DNA of 64,000 nt from Octopus sinensis (Eukaryota), in the NCBI RefSeq assembly GCF_006345805.1, contig NC_043010.1, forward strand, positions 40,548,001-40,612,000. Reading direction: 5' to 3'. The notes under the pieces were generated by a model that saw nothing but the letters and a program-made list of their open reading frames with translations, did no database searches and was not told where the DNA came from. Positions 53,018 to 64,000 of this stretch are shown here, piece after piece. Numbering within the stretch: position 1 is the stretch's first letter; each line of letters begins with the position of its first letter. A program made the position numbers and the translations under genes.

Positions 53018-54419
53018 TATTCTTCAACCATGTGTACTGGACCTTATGAGAAGAATAGTGTCCAATATGTAATGGGTTATGTAAACTATGGATATTTCAA
53101 TTGCAATCCTTGTAAGATGAGTATGAGTTTGTGATTGTGCTTGTTTGTGTGTGTACACGAACACGTGTGTGTGTTGTGTGTGTGTGTGTGTGTTGTGTGT
53201 GTGTGTGTTTGTGTGGCTGCGCACATATGCATTTGCATGGGCAAAGGAGAACCTGAGTAATCGGTTTCCCGTTATGTCTTCTTCTATTCAATACGAAGAA
53301 TTATGTCGCAGTTACTTTAAAACTCAATCAGTTTTCCGTCCCAAATTTCCCTGTCAAAGACTCAAGAAACAACGATGCCAGGAATAATCAATCTTAGTTT
53401 CTTCTTGTATAAACTTAAAGATAAAATCAACAACTAAAAACATCGATTTATTGCCTGCATTTTGCTTTCAGTCGCGGTAAGTCAATCGATAGCAAGATTC
53501 TACAAAGATTTTGGAAGAATGCATTATCAAAAGCAACTTGCTTCTACTTCCATTCAGAAAGCAATTTCTCATTCAATCTTTCTTAATTGTTATATTTACG
53601 AAAATACCGTCTCAATTGTTAGATTTAACCCATCATATCATATTGCAGTTATCGATTTTTTTTACGGTGCATACATTATCGATTAAACACAGAGCTTTCA
53701 TACACAAAAACTTTATATACCCACATTGAAGTAAAACTGATCCATAGACGATTAAATCACAAGCCACTCCAGTAGATGTCTGGTATTTATTTTATCAATT
53801 CTTTTCATGAAAATCAAAATAACTTCTGTAGTCTTCGAAAGCAGAAATTAAAATTTCTTAACTAATGTAGTCGATGAGCGTGAAGATATTTGATTAGAGA
53901 CATACAAATGGTACCCATGCTGCAATAAATACAGAACCACTGAGGCGTTATCTCTCTCTCTTTCTCTCTCTCTCTCTCTTTCTCTCTCTTTTTCTCTCTC
54001 TCGCAGTATTTCAGCTCAGCATTTAAAGTTTCTTGACAGCTCAGCATTTAAAGTTTCTTGACTAAGGTAGTCCTTGGACACGGAGATATTAGCTCACAGA
54101 CGAACAATAGAAATAAATACATCATGCTTTATATTCAGACCCATTGATTAATATAGAATTAAAAACATCAGTTTTAGCAGTATTCGAACTCAGAAATTCA
54201 AGTTTGTTACCTAAACGCCACAAGATATTTTCCCGGTATTCCACTGTGTTAAAAATTATGAACATGAAATTTCACGGGCAGAAACGACTGAGAAACGACC
54301 AAACAAATTATATAGTGATGTTTTACTCTTTAGCTCGGCAATCTGAGTTCAAGACCCGTTGCTACCGACCCTACCGTTAAGTTTACTTAGATTCATGCAC
54401 TAATCTACGATGTGAAATA

Positions 54420-55147
54420 TTATGTTGTGACCCCCTTCGGTCATGAATGACCATGGGATTGCACCTAGAAAGTTACCCTCCGAGGCACACGTCTGGGCAA
54501 GGTTTTTAGTACACGCATACCAGCCTCCCTTCTCCACGCCACCGATGTTATCCAAGGGAAAGGCAAGGGCCTATAAAGCTTGGCACCTGTGATATAACTA
54601 CTCATTTCTACAGCTGAGTGAACTGGAGCAACGTGAAATAAAGTGTCTTGCTCAAGAACACAACACACAGCCCGGTCCGGGATTCGAGCTCACTACCTCA
54701 GGATTGTAAGCTCTAACCACTGAGCCATGCATCTTCAGTATGGGACTACAGTATCCAATATGTCCACGCCACCGATGTTATCCAAGGGAAAGGCAAATGC
54801 CGATACAGCTTGGCACTAGTGACATCGCAGCTCATTTATTAACGTGCAAGTGGCTGAGCACTCAACAGACACGTTTACCCTTAACGTAGTTCTCGGGGAG
54901 ATTCAGCGTGACACAGATTGTGACAAAGCTGGCCCTTTGAAATATAAGTACAACAGAAACAGGAAAAAAGAGAGAAAGTTGTGGTGAAAGAGTACACCAG
55001 GGTTCACCTCTACTCCCTGCCGGAGCCTCGTCGAGCTTTAGGTGTTTTCGCTTAATAAATACTCACAATATCCAGTCTGGGAATCGAAACCGCGATCCTA
55101 CTACCGCGAGTCTACTGCACTAACAACTGGTCCATTACGCCTCCACG
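54420..55147 (-). mobile_element. Composite SINE (family C head + partial B tail + spacer + complete family B) within one 12-bp TSD
   Basis: CGATGTGAAATA at 54408-54419 and 55148-55159. Confidence 0.75.
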
Positions 55148-55361
55148 CGATGTGAAATAGGATTTCTTTATTCATGCTCCTTGATGCGTCTTATACAATT
55201 TCTTGGCTTTGTGAGCAATTCATGATCTTTGTTCCAGATATTAAAATTCTATTATACTAATTATACTAATTCTACAACTCCGAATATATATCCAATCTTA
55301 ACGAAACTCTCGTATTCTGAATGGCTTTCTAACTTCCTACCGATTAGAAATAGCAACGTCT

Positions 55362-55795
55362 ATGTGTGTGTGCGTGTGTGTGTGTGTGTGTGCGTGCGTG
55401 TGTGTATCTGTCTGTCTGTCTGTGTTTGCGTGTGTGCGCGCGTGTGTGTGAGTGTGTGTGTGTCAGTCGGTATCTGTGTGTGCTTGTGTATGCGCGTGTG
55501 CGTTAGTAGGTGTGTGCGTGTGTGTACTTGTGTGTGTGCGTGTGGGTGTGTGTACTTGTGTGTGTGCGTGTGTACTTGTGTGTGCGCGTGTGTGTACTTG
55601 TGTAGTGTGCGTGTGTCCTCGTGTGTGCGCGTGTGTGTACTTATGCGTGTGCGTGTGTGTACTTGTGTGTGTTCGCGTGTGTGTTCGCGTGTGTGTACTT
55701 GTGTGTGTGCGTGTGTGTACTTGTGTGTGTGCGTGTGTGTGTGTGTGCCTGTCTGTGTCTATTTATGCGTGTTTGAGTGAGTGTATGTATGTGTG
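55362..55795. repeat. (TG)n-derived compound repeat with recurring GTGTGTACTTGTGT motif
   Basis: Direct reading. Confidence 0.9.
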
Positions 55796-56374
55796 TTTTC
55801 ATTTTCTCCTGTTTTCTCTCACCCTTCTTCCTCTCCCCCCACTCTCTCTCTCTCTCTTTCTGTATATGCACAGTTTGATGGGTTTCATTTTTCATTCGTA
55901 AATAGTACTTCGCCGTTTTATTATCGTTGCTATAGTCTAAAAAGATATTTTGATTTTCATGAATAGAATTAATAAAGTATATACCAGATATTTATTGAAG
56001 TGGGTGATAATTTAAATTTCTATGGATCAGGTTTAATCCAATGTATGAGCACAGTTTGTGACAGACCATGCCTTTATTTTACTGGGCTCAAATATCATTC
56101 GCAGCCCCATTTAAAACAAATTTCTACCAACTACTTTGCCTATATATATATCTAAGTACACCTTTCAATGCCGTGTATGGCATAAGGTCTGCAGATCTAA
56201 GAGAGGCATCGAAAGACATTTTAAGATCCACAAAGATCAGAACTTAACTGCAGCTCTTGGTGTCTAGATCGGATATACAAATTATGTGGGTGTTTTTCAA
56301 TACATTGTCTAGTATAAAAAGCCACATCACACGCCATGATAGATCTAAGGTGCGGGTACAAGAGGTGTTCAGTC

Positions 56375-56416
<42 letters not shown>

Positions 56417-56503
56417 TGCATCTATTTTCTTTCCTTTCCTCCACCTCACTCTCTATTTTGTATCACATCTAAACTAACTATGATTTAACCATCCTCTCAC
56501 ACC

Positions 56504-56555
56504 GTCACCGATGAAGGGATATAATTAATAAATATCCTGGAAACAGCTGTAAGAC
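56504..56555 (+). ncRNA. Degenerate minimal hammerhead-like motif
   Basis: GTCA-CCGATGA-AGGGATAT..ATATCCTG-GAAAC-AGCT-GTA-AGAC. Confidence 0.5.
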
Positions 56556-56755
56556 CTTCTATCTATGAAAGCTCTAATATCTACACAACCTTGGTTTTTT
56601 TTATCTCATTACGCAAAAATTCTTACATATGTAAAGCGACGAAAATATTTTAACAAATTGAATTTTAAATGTTGAAGTGAATCTAACGGTTTTTGTGTGT
56701 TTCTTAAATGGCTCATAAACACCTTCCACGCTGCAATTGTATTTATACATATTAG

Positions 56756-56796
56756 CTGCATTGATAAAGGGCAACAACCCTGAAACATGTCTGCAG
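56756..56796 (+). ncRNA. Degenerate minimal hammerhead-like motif
   Basis: Stem I CTGCA/TGCAG, TTGATAA (CTGATGA variant), stem II AGGG/CCCT, GAAAC-AT-GTC. Confidence 0.55.
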
Positions 56797-57016
56797 ATGT
56801 CTAACTAGCAAGGTGAAGCGGCTGACCTCCCCTGTTCGAAGGTTGTAATGGACGCAGGTTCGTGTGCCATATAGCTAGCTAGAGGCGATGGTCTATTGGA
56901 GCTAATCAGCGACAACTTTAGTCTTATATTTAGACTGCCATATTAGTATGGCGATAACTATTAATATCCAGTAACGCTGCCGTAATCTCCTTTAGAGATA
57001 CTTAGTAATTTTAATA

Positions 57017-57060
<44 letters not shown>

Positions 57061-57219
57061 GTATATATATATGTATGTGTGTATGTATACATATGTATAT
57101 ATTCATATGCATGTATGTATATATATACATTTATATATATATACATATATATATGTATAGCATTTATATTACACACCTACACACACACGCACACACACAT
57201 ATATATATGTATGTATATA

Positions 57220-57520
57220 AGCGCGTGACAAGAAACTTGCTTCCAACCACATTGTTCCGGGATCAGTCTCACTGCGTCGCACCATGGGCAACTGTATTCT
57301 ACTATAGCCTCGGGCCGACCAAAACCTTGTGAGTGGATCTGATAGGCGGAAACTGAAAGAAGCACGTTGTATGTATATATATATATATATTGTTGGTGCA
57401 TTTACGTCACCGTAACTTAGCGGTTCGGCAAAAGAGACCGATAGAATAAGTACTAGGCATACAAAGAAAAAGTCCTGGGGTCGGTTTGTTCGACAAATGG
57501 CGGTGATCCAGCATGGTCGC
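57220..57520 (+). mobile_element. SINE family A copy (further partial copies 46500-46720, 59672-59730, 60700-60898, 63870-63995)
   Basis: Similarity to 14484-14870. Confidence 0.8.
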
Positions 57521-59857
57521 GCGCATGCGCGCTAATTGTAATGTGCTCGAATGCAAATGGTGCTATAAATGATTATAAATGATTGAGGCAGAAATACGAT
57601 CGAGACCACCAGAAGTGAGCGATAAAGATGAATCGATACCATCGACCCCAATGCTTGACTGATATTTCAATTTGTCGACCCCGAGAAAATGAAAGACAAA
57701 TTTGGCTTTGTAGGGGATTTGAACGCAGAACGGAATGACGTAGAATGAAAGTTAAAATGATTTCAGGTGCTTAGATGATGATGATGATGATGATGATGGG
57801 GATTTGTTGGAATGTTGGCGATGATGATATGATGATGATGATGACAACGACTATGACGATGGTGATGGTGGTGGCGATGTTGAGAATGATGACAAATATT
57901 GATTTGGACGTCGGTTTTCTTTTTCCAAGAATGTATTGAAAACCGAAGCCTAATTATCTTTTTTAGACTGTTGCGTCGACAATAAAACGACGAAGAACTT
58001 TTTGGGAAGGAAAAAACATCAAAGTGTCAAATTTAGTTGGGAACGACTCGGCGCAGGGTGGTTACTGAGATTGATATGAAGTCAGGTGTTAAAATCACGT
58101 AGATTCTGTGAGAGAAAATGAGAGAAAAGAGTAATGGTAAGGCAATCAATGAATGGCACTACGATATTGATGGGACTTCACTGCAAAATACGAGCAATAT
58201 AAACTGTGTTATGATAGCAATAATGGTTATAATAGCGCATCGTATATATAAAAAAAGGTAATTCTTTCTTGTTCTCCCTCAGCCTATTATTTCAAAGAAT
58301 TGGACATTTATTTTGTCTTTAACGCAAGCAAAACCATAAAGAAGAAAACGAAGAAAGAAAAACCTATTTTCACAGAGAATCAGATTTCGTTGCAATTAAA
58401 GCATTGTTTCGAGGGGCAATTTCTCCATGACTTGTAGTAAAAAGGTTGATATCAAAAGAATTTCGAATAACGTTGGGATTTGCTATACATTTACTTCTAT
58501 ACTGGAACTTTCGTTTCCCAATCTAACGGGAAAATTTACTCTACACAGAATAAAGATCAGGTTTCAATTTAAGAATGCAATTTAGTATTGTTCTTTGTTC
58601 CTTGATTGCCTAAAGGACATCAATAACGTTTGATCCCTATTCTCTGACATCAATGCAGATGAATTTTAGAAGTTTCTCATGTTCCCCCTTCATTCCCTTC
58701 CAATTATATGAAACCACCTCTAGGTTAATGAAACGAAGTATAGCAATTTATTTCCCAGGCAAAAGCTCATGACCAGAACTAGTTAATAGTGTGACTGCAA
58801 TGAGTTAATCACAGTATTAATATTGGTGATTATTGATCTCTTTTTGTAATTCATTATGCGAGGTTTTATTAGCTAAAGGCTCTGCACAGCTAAATTGTTC
58901 CCTGTATATTGTTGCTACTCGTCAATCGCAGCATGAAATTAACTTCAGCATGGTATGAATATTTTCTACAGCTTTCATGTAACAAATTCTATATGAGAAT
59001 AAACTGGATCATTAAAACCCTTATAATAAACATAAGAACCACCGAGGGAGCTTCTTTACAATGTCCGTCCAATCATAGTCTACCGTTGGAAAAAGGAATA
59101 TACTGGGAAATGTAGTTTAAGATACATTTTGAGTCGAACAATGAGACGGGATGGGCATGCATGGATTGTGGTTATTGAAGGGAAATTTCGGTTAAAAACA
59201 GTATACCAAAAATAGGGTCTCATCAAGGATTGAGGCACACTGCATTAGTCGAATTGTTTCAGAATCTGTCAGTATTCAGAATATATATTAGGATTGCGTG
59301 ATTTAACAATAATCATACGAAAATAACTATGTAACACACTATAGGTCTTAATCTTTAACTAAATCTGTATAAAAGCTACGTTTGGCATTTTTTTTTTTCT
59401 AAATTTAACAGAGGAGAAAGGTGTATCTTTCCTTCGGAATATAGTTTAAGCGTGTGAAAGGCAGTTACCACTCAGGAGATTCTGCAAATAGAGCAATTCT
59501 CTATAGTGAAACATGCAAATACATTTGTACAAATGAGGGATTGGTGTTTTTTTTTAATGCTACTTTCTGTTTCTTTAAAAGCGATGCAAGAAACCGAACC
59601 GTAGCATATTGTCCAGAAACACATGATGAATATATCTCTCAATTGCTCGATGTATGGCAGGTTATATATTACTTTCTTCTTTTACTTGTTTCAGTCATGT
59701 GACTGCGGCCACGCTGGAGCACCACCTTAAAAAGAATTACACTTAGCAGCGCTTAGTTCTGCTAAGTGCGCATATGATTAGTAAAATATATATATATACA
59801 TACATACATATATTCGTTTTATAAGATTTCTTGATGTGAATTCGTGTGTTAAAACAG

Positions 59858-60635
59858 GTATTGTTGAATTTGGGGACGGTCATGTTGCCAGTTTAGCCAA
59901 TGAAAACACACGCACTATATATTTGGTGTCCACTTGCGTTAGCTTCATTTTATATTAATTGTATTTCGGCCACAGATCTTTCGTGACACTTCTGTCCTCT
60001 CATTAGTGGTCTTTGCTTTCTTCTTTTTTTTCTTGTATGTGTCTCTCCTTACTAATGATCTGCCATTTTGTATTCGTATTACATGTGTCGTTATTTGCGC
60101 ATGCATATATCCCTGTGTGTCTATGACAGAATAAGATCCCCATAAACTGATAATAATATGAATACAATATAATACACAGATAAATAAATGGAATTAAATA
60201 ACTATATGCATAAACAAAATAAATAAAATTAATACAAAAAATAGAAAGAAAAGATAAAGTAAGTAGATAAAAACAAATGAATAAAATAAATAAAAGTAAA
60301 TTAAACGAACGTGTATAAACAGGGGATTCTGATAATACAGGCACATTCCCCCCACATACTCACATACTAAACATAGACACACAGGGATATACACCTGCGC
60401 AAGTAAAGACACATACAATAGGAATACAAAATGACATGTCATTAGTAAGGAAAGACACACACAAAAGAAAGAAGAAGCCAAAGAACCACTGATGAGGTCA
60501 GAGAAGTGTGACGAAAGAACTCTGGCTGAAATACAATTAATATAGAATAAAGCTGAAGCAGGTGAACACCAAATATATAGTGCGTGTGTTTATATTGGCT
60601 AAACTGTCAACATGACCATTCCCAAATACAACAAT
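59858..60635. mobile_element. Inverted repeat pair (~265-bp arms 59858-60125 and 60371-60635) with hammerhead-like core, Penelope pLTR-like
   Basis: Arms are reverse complements with scattered mismatches; CCA-CTGATGA-GGTCA..TGAC-GAAA..TC-TGG at 60486-60525. Confidence 0.65.
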
Positions 60636-60898
60636 ATATATATATATATATATATGCGAGTGTGTATGCGAGTGTGTGTGTGAGTGTGTGTGTGTATGCG
60701 TGGCTGTGTGGCAAGTAGCTTGTTACAAACCACATAGTTCTGGGTTCAGTCGTACTGTGTGGCACCTTGGGCAAGTGTCTTCCACTATAGCTTCGGGCCG
60801 ACCAAAGCCTTGTGAGTGGATTTGGTAGCCAGAAACTGAAAAAAGCCCGTCGTATATGCATATGTATGCGTGTGTATGTTTGTGTGTCTGTGTTTGTC

Positions 60899-61092
60899 AT
60901 TTTGAAATACAGATACAACAGAAACAGGAAGAAAGAGTGAGAGAAGGTTGTCAGGAAAGAATACAGCAGGATTCGCTAACACCCGCTGCCGGAGCCTGGT
61001 AGAGCTTCATGTGTTTTCGCTCAATAAACACTCGCAATACCCAGTCTGGAAATCGAAACCGCGATCCTACGACCGCTGCTCTAACCACTGGG
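60899..61092 (-). mobile_element. SINE family C 5' half, fused tail-to-tail with a family A 5' half
   Basis: Matches 33128-33330. Confidence 0.78.
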
Positions 61093-61849
61093 CTATATAT
61101 ATATATAGCAAAACTGGAAACTGTAAAATATTTTGGCATTATTTATTCACTATTACCCATGTTTCGTTTGCTAGTAGGAATTACGAGGTTTTACATGTTA
61201 GATAAACGCATAAGAAAATTCCTGGCAGCAATCTGTCAAACAAAGAAACAAATAATACAGATAACATGTTATTTGTTTCTCTTTCTGAAGAAGTTCTAAT
61301 AGGAAATATCATACATGTTTATCTAACATTTAAATCTAACAAGTGCAATGGTAAATAAATAAAAACAAATAAATAAAACCAAAACATTTTTCCAATGTGT
61401 TGTTTTGTTAAATAAGTCTGCAAACAATATTTTCAGAATTTTAGCATTAATATCTACCTTGCGTCAATGCAACAATGACAGCATCTACACACTGAATTAT
61501 AATACTGGAACAAGCAGATGTGCTTCGAGAGAAAACTTTGGATTTATAAATGTGTGTGTATATATACACATATATATAAGTTCAGTCAAATTTGGATTTA
61601 GTTGAATATGGTACTTAAGTTAAAGGCACCAGAATTTAGTATGGTATTATCCATATAATTCAAAATGGCGTGATTACAATCAAAATAAGCAACAAGGATA
61701 TCCAGAGGTATATATATAATTGTTACTATAGAATTACTACAATGATTGAAATAAGAACTAAAACGCTCCAACGTTGTATTTAAACCACATAATTGTATAC
61801 ATATCTATTGGCAGGGACTGTAAGTACTCGAGAGCACTAGTCGAGTATT

Positions 61850-61902
61850 CCTTATACTTACGTGTTAGTTTCGGCTAATTCCGTAGCCTCATCAGTAAAG
61901 GG
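61850..61902 (-). ncRNA. Hammerhead-like motif, stem I weak
   Basis: Minus strand CTGATGA-GGCTA..TAGCC-GAAAC-TAACAC-GTA. Confidence 0.5.
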
Positions 61903-61910
61903 TTAAAATA

Positions 61911-61962
<52 letters not shown>

Positions 61963-62276
61963 ATTATATATGTATATGACTAGGGCGTTAAAACACTTAT
62001 TCGCCATAAATATCTATGGATGGATTACAGCCCCTGTCAGTACATATGTATATTATTACGTCCTTTAACTACAACATGAAAGGTTTTGTTTCTTATTTTT
62101 AGCAACGTAGGTGTTCTAACACACTTGTCACATATAGCGACAACTGTAGTTTTCCTTTTTGGTAAAATATTGCGGACAGGTGTCTATATTTTTTTTATAT
62201 ACATATTAGCGACTCGCTAAATCAGACCTAGATTTTTATGGTAATTTTCCCCATAAATTTCAGGCCTTGTGCCCAT

Positions 62277-62470
62277 AGTAGTAGTAGTAGTAGTCACGGT
62301 TTGCAAAAATGTGTTCTATTCGGATTCAATGTCCTTGATTCCAAGTCAAAACCAGCTTCCTTAGATATCGAAAACCTTTCTTACATTCCCTGCTGTTTCC
62401 AAGAGAACAGATTTCTGAATCAATGCAACTCTTGTAGTTACACCAATCTCAATAAGCGATGCATGGCAGA
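62277..62470 (-). mobile_element. 3' remnant of a restriction-like-endonuclease non-LTR element (R4/Dong-like) ending in (CTA)n
   Basis: C-terminal LIQKSVLLETAGNVRKVFDI* resembles the QKxVLLGTAxxxRKVL terminus of this clade; short 3' UTR then trinucleotide tract. Confidence 0.6.
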
Positions 62471-64000
62471 GTTTATACAACTGCGAACAGAATGCATTGT
62501 AGTACAAAGTTTGACCAATCTCTATCCTTCGCGGATCGACTTTTAGTTTTGGTTTTCTACCCTTCCCCCCGACTTCAATTACAAATATAGCCAAAGAAGG
62601 ATATATTATATACATTTGTTGACAAAGTTTGAAAAGCATAAAACATGTAAAGGTAGCGTGAATTAGTAATGAATATATATACAGTCGTTTGATGAAGGCA
62701 TACTCCATATTCACTTTCATTTATGCACAACTGGAGATATGGAAAAAAACTCTGTTTCATATGTATATAATATATAAAATATATGTATATATATATATAT
62801 ATATATATGACGAGAGAGCGAGAAAAAGAGTGATATGTATGTGTGTATATATATGGCGAGAGAAATATATATATACATACATACGTATGTATTTATGTGT
62901 GTATGTAGGTAGGTATGTATGTGAGTATGTATGTATGTATGTATAAAAAAAGAATATATTTATACATATATCTATGGGGAGAGGGAGAAAGAAAGAGTGA
63001 TGTGGGCATGTTTATATATATATATACACACGTACACACATATATATTTATATAAATTCCTATGTGTATGCATGTACATTGAAGCGTTGGTAGGGAGGGA
63101 TTATTTCGCCTTTTTCTTCTTGATATGGCATTTAAAAATCCCAATATCAAATTTCCAGAGATGCTGGAGTGTTGGTTATAATAATAATGATAACACTTAA
63201 TACGTTTATATATCACTCTCTACATGTGTGTTTGTGCGCGTGTTTGAGTGTGTATTTTATGTCTTTCCATATGTGAGTGTGTGTATGTAAGATATTCCAC
63301 CACTTGTATTTACATAGATTTTTATCTAGTAACCCCTTCGCCACCGCATCGTTAACCTCTATGATAACTGTCTAGATTCACATTAGTTGGTTTCAAAACA
63401 TTAGTGAGTTTTCGGTGTGTAATTGGTCCATTAGTCAAATTTTCTATCTAAAAATTCGAAAGACAATAATTCAACTAATATAGCGTATGCTACCGATAAT
63501 GTTCAATAACCGATTGACACATTTGATCTCCAGCATAGCAAATCAAAGAGAAACTCGACTGCAATGTTCATAATTTATAATGGCGTAATACAAAATTCGC
63601 CGACCTCAGCTGCGTAAAAGTATTACGTTTAAAAAGAAAAAAAAAGAAATAATAAGGCTTTAGGTGTTTAAAATATAGGAAAATGGTTCTATGATTAGTA
63701 ATGGTATACGAAGTTTTCGAATTCGGTGTTAATTCAGGATGTACTACACGTGAATTCCGGTTGTTATTTTTTTTAGATAATATATAATGTAAAAGTACCA
63801 CTTTGAATAGATGTTCAATATTTGATTCCAAACTTCTTACCATGAGGTTAATATTGAACATTTATTAAAAGCACATCGTTGCGGGTTGAGTCCCGCTGCG
63901 TAGCACCTTGGGCTAGTGTCTTCTACTAAAGCCCCAGAGCTAGTGTTTTTTTAATATAGCCCAGGGCAAGCAAAGCCTTGCGAATGGAAACTGAATGTGT

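Noticed and set aside
54012-54062. Direct duplication CAGCTCAGCATTTAAAGTTTCTTGAC x2
   Set aside because: Simple local slippage duplication, no further structure

Overview
AT-rich eukaryotic intergenic/intronic DNA with no recognisable host protein-coding gene; nearly all listed ORFs are translations of (TA)n/(TG)n/(GATA)n/(GAT)n microsatellites. The repeat landscape (extreme microsatellite load, several very abundant tRNA-derived SINE families including Meta-domain SINEs, mariner/maT fossils, small Helitrons) looks like an octopus/coleoid cephalopod genome (inference). Recognisable content: a full-length decayed mariner, a deleted maT-like element, five copies of a non-autonomous Helitron, a solo LTR, L1/Tx1-clade LINE 3' fragments sitting in (GATA)n, an R4/Dong-like 3' remnant, hammerhead-ribozyme-like Penelope-type repeats, and a 100-N gap. 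Most interesting region is 47.8-52.5 kb: two tandem ORF1-only (RRM-like + CCHC knuckle + K/E linker + unknown C-terminal domain, no RT) retroelements carrying the 3' tail of the local Tx1-like LINE, both inserted at the same site inside the ORF1 of an older relative, apparently inside a Helitron; copy 1 carries a dense, one-directional A-to-G cluster that looks like a genomically fixed ADAR hyper-editing event. All alignments and counts were done by eye and need computational confirmation.
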